A stretch of DNA of 64,000 nt from Antedon mediterranea (GCF_964355755.1 NC_092680.1:15385045-15449044), one strand, 5' to 3'; positions 27,530 to 42,288 are shown, counted from the first letter of the stretch. The notes: generated from the sequence alone by a model not told the origin. Numbers and translations are program-made.

Positions 27530-29242
27530 ACTTTCTGAAATAAATAAAAACAAAATATTAAAGACAGATTATTTATTTGTGTTTCTATGTGTTATTCTCA
27601 TTCATATATTTCATTTTAACACAATAATTATCATAAGTATATACGTTTTAATCTATGATTACTTATTCTCATTTGCCATAAATAACCCTAGATCCCAGAA
27701 AGCACTTCTCATTTATAATTACCTAGTCACAGGTAGACATAAACGTACATTTACGACAACGAATGACACGGTGTAATGTCTTTAAAGTAGTATATGAAGG
27801 CATTGTCAAAAAGTGCCTTTAAGTTTCCTTATGCTTAAATTTAAACTTCCAAGTCAGTGGTATACTATTGAATACTTACGCTGTTTACCTTAAAAAAGCA
27901 AATCAAACAAGCCTGTGATCGTATATCAATTAACGAAAATGGAATAAGGAAGTACTTACAAATAATATTATTTTCAAAGTTGTTCTGACAACGAATAGGC
28001 CTACTACAGTGTTTTTGATATGTTTTTTGGAGTATAACAATGAAGGCAGCGAGCGGAAAAAGAAGATAAAGAAGACTTAATATAATATATATGACACGTT
28101 TAAACAGACAAAAGCACTAACACAAACAATAATAATATTTGTTAACGGCCCTACCTCAACCTATGTAGCAATTTTATTTTGCTTTACCAACCGATCATTC
28201 CCAATTTTACTTCAACTGTGCAAAACTAAAGTACTTTCTTTCCGATCTTGTTACTGTTTTGCAAAGAAATAATATATTTTTACAATTAAAAAAAAAGTAT
28301 TAAAAGAGACAATATAAACAGAGAAGATGAAATCATTTAGGAGGCAAGCTTGTGGAAAAAGCCATATACATTATGTGCAATCAATACTTATAACAATTAT
28401 AAACAAGATTTAAATAAATTGAAAATAAATTTGCAAATTTGTATATGGGTAAAGTTTGAATTTCAATATTATTATTCCAATAATAAAGCTTATTGAAGTG
28501 AATATAAAGAACTAAACTTTATAAATCTGAATGATTAAAAATTGGATCGATGAACAACTTGAGAAAGGAAGTTATGTATGGACAATATAAACGATTTAGA
28601 TGAAAATCATAAGATAGTGAAAATAAGAACAAAGAAGAAGGGGAGAGGGGGTATAGACACCCACCCGATAGTTGTCTTTGACAGATCTTGTCTCTCCTCA
28701 GTTATCCCTTTTTACGTAACACTGAAAGGAATAAATAAAAATAAACAATTTTAGTCATTTTTCCTTCTTTATTTCATTTCACGAATTGTACACAATTGAA
28801 AGTATTCCTCAAACTAAGGAAACATCTTAACTAATTCAAGCATTTGCTCATAAAATAAATTCCGAAATTAAAAAATGCTGTATGTTGCAACAACTAAAAG
28901 AAAATTACCAATATATTAACTGTTATATATAACAACTGAGTTTAATGATTTTCCGGAACTTTTGTTATACCATAAAGTAAACAAATGAAATATGCTGATA
29001 TTCATGCTATATTTTACATCTTTAAGAAAATGGGGATTTAATAGGTTTACATAATTATATACACTTTTAAATTTCCGTTTCTAAACATTCAACTCAGAAT
29101 AAAGCTGGACTACACAATTTCATCATTTTTGTACCTAAATGTTAATGAAAAATCTACATCAACGAACTAACTAAAGTAGGCTATATTATAAATAAATATA
29201 TTATACAATTCCTCGACAACCTGTCTCAGAAGCAATATAATT

Positions 29243-29371
29243 ATTAGTCGCGTGTAAACGCGACTCTACAGCTCAGTATGTCTGTTGGTTAGTCGGTCGG
29301 TCGGTCGGTTGGTCGGTAAACACTAACTCAAATTTAAGCACGCGACTGCAGCCATGTACGTGGCCTTGTTT
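29243..29371 (+). mobile_element. Short Helentron/DINE-1-like element
   Basis: AGTCGCGTGTAAACGCGACT palindrome, (GTCG)n, GCACGCGACT, 3' hairpin ending GGCCTTGTT. Confidence 0.7.
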
Positions 29372-29978
29372 TGACATTATAAGAAAGAAACCACAATTTT
29401 ACATCACAGTGAAAATTATTCTTTCAATTGTATTTGTCATACAGTGCTAATTTCTAAAAGAAAAGCTTCGTATTATAAAACTATATATTTAAATACTATC
29501 AATATACCAACAATAATGACCATCTGGTGGTAAAATATATGGTTATATGTTTCTCTACACTTGTTGATAAAACTGTTTACGACACATTCAATTTCAAATT
29601 GTTATACATTTTGTTTATAATAACATAACGGGTTATATAAATAAGTCACGGTGTCTAAATGCCATCTTGTTTTAAAGATTTAAATTTGTTATCTAAAGTA
29701 GTTTTTATGAAGATTTTCACCAGACTGTTAGTGGTGATGATTCGCTGTTGGTCTGGAATGAAATAAGGAAAGAAAGAATAAAGAACAGTGCATCCGCTTG
29801 TACTTACAACGGCTCTCTATACAATTTATTAATATTCGTACAAATAGCCCTGTGCCTACATAGGTCAAAAAGTTTACTTCCATCACCAAACAGATGTGTA
29901 GATTGAATTCCTCTCCTTTTCTTACCTCTAAAGTGCACGTTAGATTATATATTATGAGAGTAAACAACAACATATCTG

Positions 29979-32900
29979 TTAATTTGAATAATATTCAAAG
30001 TGTTTGTAATCGTCATCCCGGTTGATGTTGTTTTTAGAAATCTCTTTCGCTGATCGTTTATTTAGTGTACATGAAACCAAACCGCTGCCGTAGTTGCTAG
30101 GACTGATACTTAAAGATCGGCATTGTTCAGTCTGCTCACATAAGGTAAGACACGTGAGCAAAGACCTAACAGGCAATGCTGAATGGATATACTCAGACAC
30201 GAAGCTTATGTTGTCAAAGAAATGCATCACTCCCTTTAAGCCTGCAAAAGAAGAAATTATTAGAAGATTATTGTAGTCGTCAACAGGTGTGTTAAAGGTG
30301 CCATGGTAGATGTATCAGCAGTGATCTCAACTTGTATTATAATAGTCAGTAATAGCCATGTATGGCAGTAATTACAATTGTTGAAGAGAAACACTAATAC
30401 ATGTTAATGGTCTTATTAATATGCTTATACAACAACCATAAAGTATCCTATGTAACCATTATACTAATAAACTTACCTGTACACTGTAGTGGTCCTATTG
30501 TACTGGTACCATTTTCCGAAAAATGGCCTGTGTCACCATGTCGTAACTGAATCACCGGTAGGGTAGACATATCTTCAATATATCCATCGTCATATCTCAA
30601 AACCTTATCATTTCTGTTACATTCACACATTTCACTTAAATCGCTACAGTCACCTTTTATAAGAATTAGTAAATAAAATAGTATCACAAAATTGTTATTG
30701 GCGTTTGGGCAAAATGCTTTATGTATTGCTTTAGACGTTCATCGGTAAATGCTGATCTGTGATAATCTTTTGTATAGTAGAATTACTTTGAATAATTTTC
30801 AATTTATGTGATTTTTAGGTAGCGGCTTATACATAGACAGGTGTAACATCAAACTAACTACAGGCCATCTGATAAGAACGGAAAATACAGACGAGTAAAA
30901 TATTATGATGATAATTAATGTCAAACTATAGGTTTACCTCTATATCCACATGCGCAACCATAAAAGCCGATTGGACTTCCCCAGTTATACATTTTCGAAC
31001 CATCACGTGAAATCCAAAAACTGACAGGTACACCGATTGAATTAAAGCACTCATACTGTTAGGAAAAAAATTTACGAATATTCTACATTCAAATAAAATA
31101 GCCCAATGATTATGATACAGTATAGCTGCTACTTAATTAATCGTGATGGAATTTCTGTCTACATTTATATCAAATTTGACGAGCCCATATGGACATGATA
31201 ATGTCATAATTTGGCATATCACTGCCATATTTGAGTACATCACACTTATTTTGGTACATCATACTGTCAAACTAGTTTGTCATGAATACAATGACTATAG
31301 ACAGAAATTGACAATACAGTTGTTAATCTATGTCTCTCTCTCTCTTGGTAGTTCCTCCATTTATCATCAGACGAATCCTAACCCAATTCATAAATACCCA
31401 TACAAATAAAATAAATGTAATTGAGGTGGTGTTCATTCATGTTTTCCAATTTAGGATTTTTGATACAAATTTCTAGACATATCCGTTGTAGTAACTTTCT
31501 CTACATGGTGTGCATAGTACCAGCAGCAGAGAAAAATACAGCACAAAATTGTCACTTATAAATTTAGTTAACCATCTTCTACAACAATTTGATGATGGAA
31601 ATAATTCTATTGGCATATTTATAGACTTTATGAAAGCATTCGACACGATTAATCATGAAATATTAATATCTAAACTACAACACTATGGAATAAGAGGTCA
31701 ACCATTATATTGGTTAACCGACTATTTAAAAGGAGGATTTCAATACGTGGCTGCTGACCAAATTAGTTCTGATAAACTCCCAATCTCATGTGGAGTCCCA
31801 CAAGGATCAGTATTGGGTCCAACCCTGTTTCTGATCTACAAAAATGATATTTCTCATTCTAAAAAATGTTTTTGAATTTAGGCTGTTTGCAGATGATACT
31901 AATTTATTTCATGATTTCTCTGGCAATAATATTGATCTCTCTATAATTAATTATAATTTTCAACATGTCATTGAATGGTGCAATGCAAACAAATTAACTA
32001 TTAACGTTGGTAAAACAAAATTATATTGTATTCTGTAACAGGAATAAAAATGTTTCTACTAACGGTAATATATACGTAAAACATAAACAACTTAATGAAG
32101 CAGAAGAAGTAATGTTTGTTGGTGTTAAGATTGATAAACATTTAATCTGAAATATTCATATTAATGATGTTAAAAACAATATTAGAAAGAAGGCAGGCAT
32201 TTTATTTAAACTAAGATATGTTGTACCCACAAATATATTAATCTTATTATATAAAATGTTTATTCAACCAAGTATCACTTATGGCATAGAAGTTTGGGGT
32301 AGCACGTATAAAACATATTTACAACCTATTTGTGTCATTCAAAAAATGTGTATGCGGTGTATAACCTTTTCTGATTTTAATGCTTCGTCATCTCCGATAT
32401 TTAAGCAACTTAATATTTTAGATGTTCATAAACTATACGAATTATGTGTACTTAATTTTGTTTTTGATTTATATAATAGAAACTCTGCACATCAAATCAG
32501 TTATTATTTTAGTACAGTTGATCATTTACGAACTACTAGATTTAAACAAGGTAAAAACCTATCTATCCCAAAAGCCCGTACTATGGCAGGTCAATTTAGA
32601 ATTTCGTTTACTGGCACAAAATTTTGGAATAATTTATCACTCGACATAAAAAATAATACATCAAAAATTAATTTCGTAAAAAATATAACTGAACTACTAT
32701 TATCGAGATACTGATTAATGCTGGCCCACCTCTTTCTTTTTGTCATTATCGTGTGTTTTTTTTTTACATTATTGTATAATTATATTATCAAAATCGTTTG
32801 CACTGAACAGTATTATATTTGTTAATCAGGTGTAAACCATTGACTAGCGAAAGCTATTTGTTTATACCGTTTTGCCTTTGGTGAATAAAGAATTATGAGA

Positions 32901-33700
32901 AACCAATGAACACAATATTATTCATACTTTCATGTATTGCCGACATGAGGTAGACGACGTCATTAAAGTTACAATCTGCTGAATAGACATCTCATACGTA
33001 ACGTTGTTTATAAACGAACCCTCAGATTCATATCCAGTTACGTACTCAATAAGGCTACTAGTCGGTGTTATGATAGTTGTACCTGTAAGAAAATGTATTT
33101 AGTAGGCCTGTATACACGTTTATTTATGAATCGACAGCATTATTGGTGATTGGTGACCGTTTTTTTCAAAATGCGCTCCTACCATGCCAGACTCCACGTA
33201 TAAAAAAGATATAATGTTTATGATATGATCGATAGATATTCTAAAGTGCTTTGGTTAAAAAGGTCATTGTATTAACGCTTACCACTAGGACGTAAAGCAA
33301 GACGAAGCGCAACGCAAGCAATTTGACCGCCACAATCGATGGATTAATTAAGGCTGTCGCTTTCCATTGGTCAACTCTCTTTCGTTGTACTGACGTACTT
33401 GCGTTACGTCCAAACAAGCTGTGTACGCGTCTTAACTGTGACGTAAATGTAAATCAGTGTGCTTAACAGACCTATTTATTAGGTGATCGTTTAGAATAAA
33501 TTTTATTTTACCTGTAAATATTCCATCTGAAATTTCACATTCTACATAGAAGGGGTCAACACCTGTATTAGTCACATCCGGGTCAATAAGTAATGGCATA
33601 CTGTATCTTTCAGATTGTTCATTATAGAGAAGAAGATGTTGGCAATTTCTTGGAACATGTAGTGCCTTTGTCACGAAAGCAAATTGAAGGTGTACCAACA
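29979..33700 (-). CDS. Probably secreted protein with a Caspr/neurexin-IV-type fibrinogen-like domain plus a C-terminal PAN/apple domain (first coding exon uncertain, possibly about 33836-33865)
   Basis: Phase-compatible exons 33700-33512 (PRNC..IDPD..PFYVEC), 33082-32928 (SCRQYMK), 31055-30938 (YEC..FWISRDG..NWG..CACG), 30653-30477 (CECNRND..DDGYI..LPVIQLRHGDTG..IGPLQC), 30241-29979 (PAN: CLTLC..CRSLS..CTLN). Confidence 0.82.
31510..32895 (+). mobile_element. 5'-truncated LINE (L2/CR1 group) reverse transcriptase pseudogene, antisense in an intron
   Basis: FIDFMKAFDTINH, GVPQGSVLGPTLFLIY, LFADDT, YGIEVWG and FWNNL motifs across frameshifts; 3' hairpin TAGCGAAAGCTA and AATAAA. Confidence 0.93.
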
Positions 33701-35462
33701 CTGTTAGGAAAAGGTATATACTGTAAGCATGGTGTGAACATGCAACTTATAGGCCTATAGCGTATAGTTTCTGCTGGGATAGTTATAAAAGTAGTAGTTT
33801 TAAAATGAATGTTAGCTAGTGATTAATGTAATTTACTAACTATAGTTTTATTCATAAACAACATTTCAATATATGTATGTAACCCATGGCAAATTAATGA
33901 AAAAATCCATTGCTGTGGGTATCAGAAGAGAAGAGTGGATTAACTCTTTCCTGGTATCAGTGACTGGATCTCAATACAGATACAAATACAACAAGCAAAC
34001 AGCCAGCAAGATTTTGCAAGCATTAGGCAACATATTTTGTAAAATGTTAATCGCGTACCAATTATAACAACTTCTTTTCTGGACATTTTCGAGCCTACAG
34101 AAATAGAAAAAAGACAGAATTATTCAACGTTAGACAGTTTTATTGTAGTAAGATTTCACATAATCATGCTATCTGTTGTATAGGGCCATACCTCAAACAT
34201 CATCTAAATATTGAATTAATATGTTATGTTATTATAAATTTAATTAAATGTCGAGCATTATAATTAAATATTGCTTTAATGGTATCATTTGCGATTAAAT
34301 TTAGCGCATTTCATTTACTAAATAGAATGGCAGATTCCCATTTTATCAACCGAGTGAGAATAAATTACAACTTACCTGAATTTGAGTTTTTGTTTTCCTT
34401 TTCCGTGTTTTCAATATCACTATATTGTTTTTGTATATATTGAATTCATAACGTATAAATAATCCAATTGATAGGAAATATTTTAATATTTAATAAGACC
34501 ATGGAGTTGTATTGATATTTTAAAAATACCATAGACTTGAGTCTTTAATGATAACGTTATACCATTCCTATTATAGATACTAATCATTTACGTTACATTT
34601 TGTAATAATCAATTTGCTTTGATTTTTGCCTATTGTTGTATTCATTTGTTATGTTATGTTTTTTATAATGGAAAATAAAGATTGATTGATTGGTGATCAA
34701 TTGTTTATTAAAATGATTACATTTCTCAGACCAGTTTCTGCTTGAAGGAATCGTTTACTCTAATTTTTGTTTCCAAGCTAACATACGGACGCTAACGACT
34801 AAAGATAAATTGAATGAATTCTACTTGGGCATATTACACTAAAATGAAACGGCATTTTATGATTATTGATTTTTCTTTTTTTTTAAATAGTTTTTATGTT
34901 CTAAAACAGTTACCATTATAGTGTAATAGCTGAATAAACAAACATTCTTAGGCCTATATTTATTTATATGATAAATGACAAAGTATATTCATAAATAAAT
35001 TTAAAATTATATTGTGATGCCTAATTTTAAATATTTATTTCATATTCTGTAGTTCTGAATTTGACAATATAAAACTGAATTTATGATTATTGATTCCTGA
35101 TATTTCATTTTTGTTCAAAAATATTTTACCAAAATGCAATAGCCGAATAATTAAATATTCTTGTAGTGATTTACGGTATAATTATGATAAATGAAAAATA
35201 TTTCAAAAATAATATCACGGTGTTTTGTTTGTTGCCCTATATTTTAATTTTAAATATTTCTTATTTCATATTCTGTAGCCCTTTGACAAGAGAAAGAAAC
35301 GATATTTCTAATTCAAAAATCTGTAATAGCTTGTTTTGAATATCATTCTATTTTAGACTACAGTAAATGAATAATGGTTTTTGGCTACACCAAAAAAGAA
35401 TTTTATTTTGACAAATGGTGGATGCTTGCAAAGAAAAATATACATTTGATTATTTTTCTTAA

Positions 35463-35610
35463 AGGACAACTATACCGAGGACCATATTTTAACAACGTAT
35501 TAGGAATGTACAAATATGATTTCAGAACCATCGCGAAATTAAGTATATCGTCGCACGCGCTCGCCGTACAGCCGTTGTTGTAAATTGCTGTGACATCACA
35601 GGTGCATCGC
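35463..35610 (+). mobile_element. DNA-transposon end (TTAA|AGGACAA, Kolobok-like); inverted copy at 61040-61184
   Basis: About 150 bp of reverse-complement similarity to 61040-61184; begins directly after TTAA. Confidence 0.6.
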
Positions 35611-36597
35611 AATATCTACTTAATGAGTCCAGATAAGCAAAAGAGATCAATATTTTTATTTTTTACGTTTTATTTACAAAGTTAAAATTGACAAACTGCT
35701 GCTAAGTTAGTGTTTTCACTATGTTAATGTGAGTTTTAGTAATGGAATGTTTACTTTTTGTTAGTGGTGTTATTTTAGTGGTTGATGGTTTACATTTTAT
35801 TTTCTATTATTTCGTTTTTATGATCATTAGTTATTTTTTATTTTACAGAAAAATAATTTAAAAAACAAAAATATTTTCAATATAATAATAATAACTACGC
35901 CCCAATAGGTAAATATGTATATCATTTATGCATTGTTTTTTTAAATAAAAAAAATGTTAAAACATCAGTCTAAAATGGTTCAAACAAAATATAATGTATT
36001 CTAGTAGTATTTTAGGATATATTGTCCAAAAAATTATGTTTTTTTTCATTCGAATGTAACATATTCAAGAAATGGATCGAAACAAAATAATGTACATGAA
36101 CAACTGTAATTAAAATTAAAAGCAATTGTCAAATTGTCTGTCAGTCAAGGATTTGTTTTTGCCTTTTTAAATTTTATAAATTAAATCATTTTTTTTTTTA
36201 ATTTTACATGTTTTTTGATGGACAATGACTCTTGAAGAATTCCAAAATGGGCAAAAAACTTAATAATTAAATACATAAATACACTAAATATGTGATTTAA
36301 ATGGTGGTGACTATTGTAATAATACTAGACAGTGTCTTATATTCATGAAGGCGTTAATTAGCTCAATTTATTACTTTTATACAATACGTTACTCGTTACA
36401 TCCTAATATACTGTACATAATTAAACAAAATGTTTATCAATTTACCTTAGGTGTACTTTCCTACCTACCTTCCATTTTATTTCGTAAAAAATGTCTTATC
36501 TCTAAATAGTGTTGAATGCCTTGAATCTATGTACTGTATGACAATGGTCTTACCTTCAGCTTGTCGACAAGCAATACTACGCTTAAATTATAGAGAT

Positions 36598-37128
36598 GGG
36601 TGGATTGCTATAAAACAGTCTTAACTGATGGTCTTAACTCCCCGATTAAAGCCGGCTTTATCAGATAGACGGTCTTATTAAAGCCACTCCTGATAGACCA
36701 TTGCTATAAAACAGTCTTAAATAAGACCACGTAAAGTAACAAATTGAGGGCGTACTTTGCGCGTAGAATACCAAATAAGGTAATGTTCGTCACGCTTGTT
36801 CAATTCACAAATCATAACAGTACGTACATTTATACACGAGAAAATCTATTCTAGGCCTATATAAGAATAAAATCACCGTTATTATTTGATTTAACACTTA
36901 AAACTCGTTCAATTGGTTATCTTTGACGATAAATAATACGTAAAAGCAACAAAAAGAGAGGTTTAAGACTGTTTTAAGACTCCTTCGAGTAGGCTTTAAT
37001 TTTAAAGACCGTTTACAGGTTAGACCGCGGTATAGCAATGGTCTATAATATAAGACTACTTGCTACGTCACGAATTATAGCCGGCTAAGCGCTAAGACCG
37101 GTTATAGACCGCTTATAGCAATCCGCCC
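36598..37128. mobile_element. MITE / non-autonomous DNA transposon
   Basis: TIRs GGGTGGATTGCTATAA / TTATAGCAATCCGCCC, with internal GGTCTTA/TAAGAC subrepeats. Confidence 0.75.
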
Positions 37129-38094
37129 CTATAATGATTAATAATATTAATACTTGTTTTGGTTATATCGTGCAACACTGGAACTTTCTATGACGTAATA
37201 ATATGCGAATGAGTCGAATAGATGCGCGCGGTTGTTAAGGATTATTATTAGATTTTTGAGATTTGTATTTTTTGTTTTGCCAATCGGCGGAACTCTGCAT
37301 GTTGTAATGTGGTATTGTGGACAATGTATCTAATTCTTTATTTAAAATGGATCGTGCGATGGTGTCATACATTCGTCATTAAGTAGGCATACACTTCCGT
37401 TTGAGGAGATACTGTTTTCGGAATCCGTAAACAAAATTCACTTAAAATGTTTAGTAGATTCAATTTTATTCATCCTCATTGCTTTAATTTGTTTAGCTAA
37501 ATACCCACATCACTGAGAACACCTGTGAGTTATAGTACTGGCTGGTCTATGCACCTTAAATTTCTGGTAAACGGAAGCAGTTATGTGGGTTCGATTGGTC
37601 TTGTTTTATTTCGGTTTTTGTCAAAATTATCAGTAGTATTTAGGTTTCAAGGTTTATATTTGTTTATGTTTTTTCATGGTTTTTCACAGGTGCCTTGAGA
37701 ATTGTTGTGGATATGTGCGCTATATAAATCTTATTATTATTATTATTATTATTATTTACTACTTGAACTAACAACGCGGCGTTTATATTATAGTCGACTC
37801 AACATCGACACGCAAAGATAATAGGATAAACACACAATGTAATTTAACAAATTTATACACACAAAAATATTACCAATTATCTGAGTATTATTATGACATT
37901 ATTCGCGTATCGCAATTTTAAGAAACTAGTGATTTTATCATTGGTTTTAAGAATCTTACAAATATTTGCCTAAAATTTGAACATAATGTAAGTACGGAAA
38001 AAAATAACTACAGTTGATTGAAATCAATAATGGCGTGCTTCACCCTCGAAGCAAAATGAATTGTAGTGGAGTGGAGTGGAGGATAATTTGGAGT

Positions 38095-38305
38095 GGAGTT
38101 GTGGCTTGGTGGTTATGATGCTTGGCTACCACTCCAAGGGTCCTGGGTTCAAGTCCCGTCACATGTCAGAAATGTACAACTCCACTCCCAAGGACTTGTA
38201 ATAAGCCTTTGTGTATGTAGAGCATCTTGTGTATATATTTGTCTTGTGAACCTCTGGGGGTCCCAAATGATCAGCAATTGTTGGATGGATCACCCTCATT
38301 AAAAA
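38095..38305 (+). mobile_element. tRNA-derived SINE
   Basis: A box TGGCTTGGTGG and B box GGTTCAAGTCCC, followed by a non-tRNA body and an A-rich end. Confidence 0.6.
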
Positions 38306-38433
38306 TTGTGAAAACAAAATTGTAGGCCTATTAAAATACTACCGTTTACCATTCTCTATTTGTGTTAAATAATGGTTATCATAAGCTTACATTTTAGTAC
38401 AGTATATTTTCGTGTACGCCTACACGTTTTAAT

Positions 38434-41063
38434 TTACTGGCATGTACATACTTTCCAATTAAACGAACAAACTACAGTCCCGTTATTTCGCGGATTTTCT
38501 GAAAACCGGATTCCAATGTTTCCATTAAGTTCTGTGGTTTTAATTGACCAGTATGTGGTCATACCGCAACATTGGTCAACGATTTCTTCACTAGCAAGCC
38601 CTGTCAGGTACTCTGGTGATATTATGTCCTGTCGTTCGACATTAAACGATGGAAAGTTACCATTGTACAACTGTAGGCAAATAAAATATTAAATAATTAT
38701 AAATATGATTTTAATGACATAACCATAAAATGTAGGCCTATGCATACAATTAGGAAACAAATCTTGCTTAAACATAATGGTAAAAAAACGCAAAATGCCT
38801 AATATAATAGACTTATAGAAGGAAGTAGCTATATTTATTTGTAGATATATTTTAGCAAACTTAAAATGTTCATTATTTGTACTTCCACCTTTGAATATAC
38901 ACACTACAGGTAATTGTGCTAGTGACAAAAGCACGGCCATATTGTTTGGAAAGAAAACACCGTCACAATCAAATTGTACAGAACAAGCTATTGCACAGCA
39001 TAATAGGTTTACATTACGATATTTATACACATAAATTGTCACTAATATGGTTTTAGGAATGACTTATATTTGCAGATATTTAGGTTTGCTAATCGCATGC
39101 ACATTGTGACGTTAACATTATTGTATCTTATTTTGTATGTTTTGCTTTTTGTTATTTTTCTGGTTTTCACACTTGTAATTTTAACAAATACATACCCAGT
39201 CACGATTATGCCAATTCAAGTTCTCGTCTGCCCACAAATAACAAGCGCTGTTTTGGGCGCTGTAAGCCGCAATGATTTTCTAAATTAATAAACATAAAGA
39301 ATAAAGATAAATAATAAAGAGTCTTAATACTTACAATATTATTGACATACATTATTGAACTAGTATTCTTCTTAATTTTTATTTTATGCTTTTAAACATA
39401 TTTCAAAGATATAGTTTAATGTCTTAAGACTCTTACGTGGTAAAAATCAAATATAAGTGTTCCTCCGTCAGTCACATTTGCTATTTGTTCAAATATCACA
39501 ATCTCTACATGGTGGCTGGGGTACGTATATACATCCATTGAGTGTGAGATCCCATCGTCTATATAATCTACGGTTCCACACCATCCAGTTCCCTAAATTT
39601 ACAACAATTACCATTTGTACATTATAGGTATACAAGTAAAAATAAACAGGGGCATATGAATTGCTTATGTAATGCCAGACATGAGCACACCGTGGCTAAA
39701 TAAAGCTATATTGTTAGTTTTAGTTCATTTACTATATAAAAATAATGGTACACATAATGTCATGAGGTGAAACATGAAATTATATTTCACGAGACGAAGC
39801 CTTAGTGAAAAATAATTTTATATTTACCGAAAAAAATTATTTTTACCACTGCATAAATATAAAACACTCAATTATATTGTTTTATATAAAAAATAAGTAT
39901 ATGGATTCTTTTCTTTGCCATTAAAATAAATAGTACGTACTATTGCACGCCATATGACTCACAATTGAAAATATATAATACTGTATATTACACACTATAT
40001 CATGTCAATATTGGCAGAATAAAGCATTTACTCTGCACTCTTAAAATATTATTAAATAATAAACAAAATACAAGTTTCTGTCTTTAAGGTATAACCTATC
40101 TACTAAAGAGCAAACGAAAGATAAACGTTCTAGAGATGTGCTTTGACAATGATTTATAAGAGGATGACCTAATATAATGAATGAACACATTCAGCCTAAT
40201 CCACGTCTTCTAACAAATTCTTTACATAATTATCTACTTACCATCGTAAGCATTATTGCTGTAACCACGCCACAAACTAGGAAAAACAGCACCAAAGAAA
40301 TAACAATTACCTTCTTTTTCAAAGATGCTTTTTTCTTCACGATTGGTTTCTTCTATAAGTATATAATATAATAATGTATTATTTATTAACTTATTTTTTA
40401 TGTCACCTTAAAAATGTTTAAAAGTGGTACTGATTTTTAATATGAGTAACCGGATAAATAATTAGTAATAAAAATAGTAATAGTATTTTCCTATACTATG
40501 AAGGTTTCGATTTTTATAATTTAAAACAAGAACAATGCTTCACATGTACATAAATGAGATTCAATTTTTATGAATTTCCTATTTATTTTTATGAATTTCC
40601 TATCTTATGACATTACAAGAGATTCTGTAGCATCATTTTTGTTATGCTTCACCGCTGTCAAATGTAAATATTTTATAATAACAATATACATTGTTTTCCC
40701 TGAAATTAACCTTAATATTTAGTCAACGATTTTTCTTTTATTTATCAAAAGCATGGATCTTACAGAAGAAAATAAATTCCAACCACACGGCACTTATTTG
40801 ATCGTTTACAGCACTGTGAAACTACATTTTAATATACTATGGTACGTTCGCTTCGCTCGCGTACCATAGGTCGTGCTCACAGATGGTTCTCGAATACACA
40901 GTAATTTCAGCGTTTTTTTGTATATGTGTTAAACAATACGATTTCTGCAGCCTTCTTTTAAAGAGACAGTTTTAAATGAATACCTATAATCCTATACCTC
41001 AATATTTACTTGAGTTTCGTCTACATTTGTCTTCTTTTCTTTCGTAATTGTTTTTGGAAACAT
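38434..41063 (-). CDS. Type II membrane BRICHOS-domain peptide precursor, copy B (about 217 aa)
   Basis: Exons joined by phase-0 introns: 41063-40998 (MFPKTITKEKK..), 40352-40242 (TM VIVISLVLFFLVCGVVTAIMLTM), 39592-39437 (ends GGTLIFDFYH), 39279-39196 (KIIAAYSAQNSACYLW), 38670-38434 (IVDQCCGMTTYW...NPRNNGTVVCSFNWKVCTCQ). All introns are GT-AG and the frame is open. Confidence 0.86.
40835..40915 (-). mobile_element. Helitron 3'-end fragment (same family as 55754-58786)
   Basis: ATGGTACGTTCGCTTCGCTCGCGTACCAT hairpin followed by CACAGATGGTTCTCGAATAC. Confidence 0.7.
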
Positions 41064-41601
41064 TTTGAAATGTAATACAGTCAACTACTGATACTATGGC
41101 GTCATTAAAAACATTATACCAACGGGATTAAGAATAAAACGAGTCAATGGAATTCAATGGGTCATGAGATTTTAGACAATAATTTAGTTTGAATACAATT
41201 TGAAAGTTTGATTGACTGAACACATTAGAAATCACCATAACAATCGATCGTATTCTCTCCACATTGTTGTGCAAACTGTAGATTAAACATCTGAAATGTA
41301 ATGGAAATATGTCCTTTTAAGAGGTGTTAAAAAGCAAAAACTTTTCCTGCTACTGTAATTCTCTGTATCTGTATCCTGCTTAATGGTGGAGACTAATTCT
41401 TATTTCAAATTGAGATTGACTGGTATATATCTGATCGCGTTGGCCCCATGTGTATATAGTATGTTAAAGAACGTAGTACACTATTCGAAGAACACTATTC
41501 AAAGAGTTGGGAATCGTCTCCCCATGTGTACTAAACTTGTAGGCCTTGCAATGCTTTCTGATATGAGTTCGTAGAAGGCCTAGCCCAAATTTCTTCAGTT
41601 T

Positions 41602-41790
41602 TCAGTTAAGCTTACTTATTAGTAAGAAAATGTATAATAGGCCTACTGTAGTATTTCCGATTGTATTCATAATATAATAATACAGAGGATAAATTAATAT
41701 GCAACGAAACAAACTGTGATAAAAAGACCTAGATCCGGTCCTATTAGGTATATTTTTTGACAACCATGAGTTGTTGCCGTTGTACAACTG
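41602..41790 (-). pseudogene. Divergent relic of a BRICHOS-family terminal exon
   Basis: Acceptor CCTTACAG|TTGTACAACGGCAAC (LYNGN) matches the start of exon 5 in copies B and C; homologous to 54430-54555. Confidence 0.55.
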
Positions 41791-42288
41791 TAAGGAAAAT
41801 ATTATATACAGTAGCTATAAAATTATAGTAAATATATGACATGAACATAACATTATTAAATGAAAGGGATACCTCTTGTTTAAATGTTGTTTAATGGTAA
41901 AAAAAGGTCTTTACGGAATCAATACACGACATACTTCCTCTACAGAGTGCACAATTGTTTACTTAATTCATATCGACTGTATTCATAATTTATATACAAC
42001 AGAGAATTCATTGGTGTGTAACAAAATAATTTGTGGCAGAAAACTGAATATTCAAACTTTTATCATATTAATTTTAAAAGTTTGAGGTTATGTTTTCACT
42101 CCTTTAAGATTTTTTTTCAATAAAATCTCTCCTAACTTGTGAATCTACTTAATTTTATCAAAATGGTGCTTTAGTTTAAATTATGTTTAAAAATGGTCAT
42201 GGTTTTGTCAACACCAATATTATCAAAATTGTGATTTGGGGCTGCATAAATCTAAATCTGAAAACGTAGCAATGATGCGAAGTTTGTG

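Noticed and set aside
41340-41600. GC-richer segment with possible coding remnants upstream of BRICHOS B
   Set aside because: No recognisable motif in the frames I read, and the minus-strand frames are interrupted by stops.
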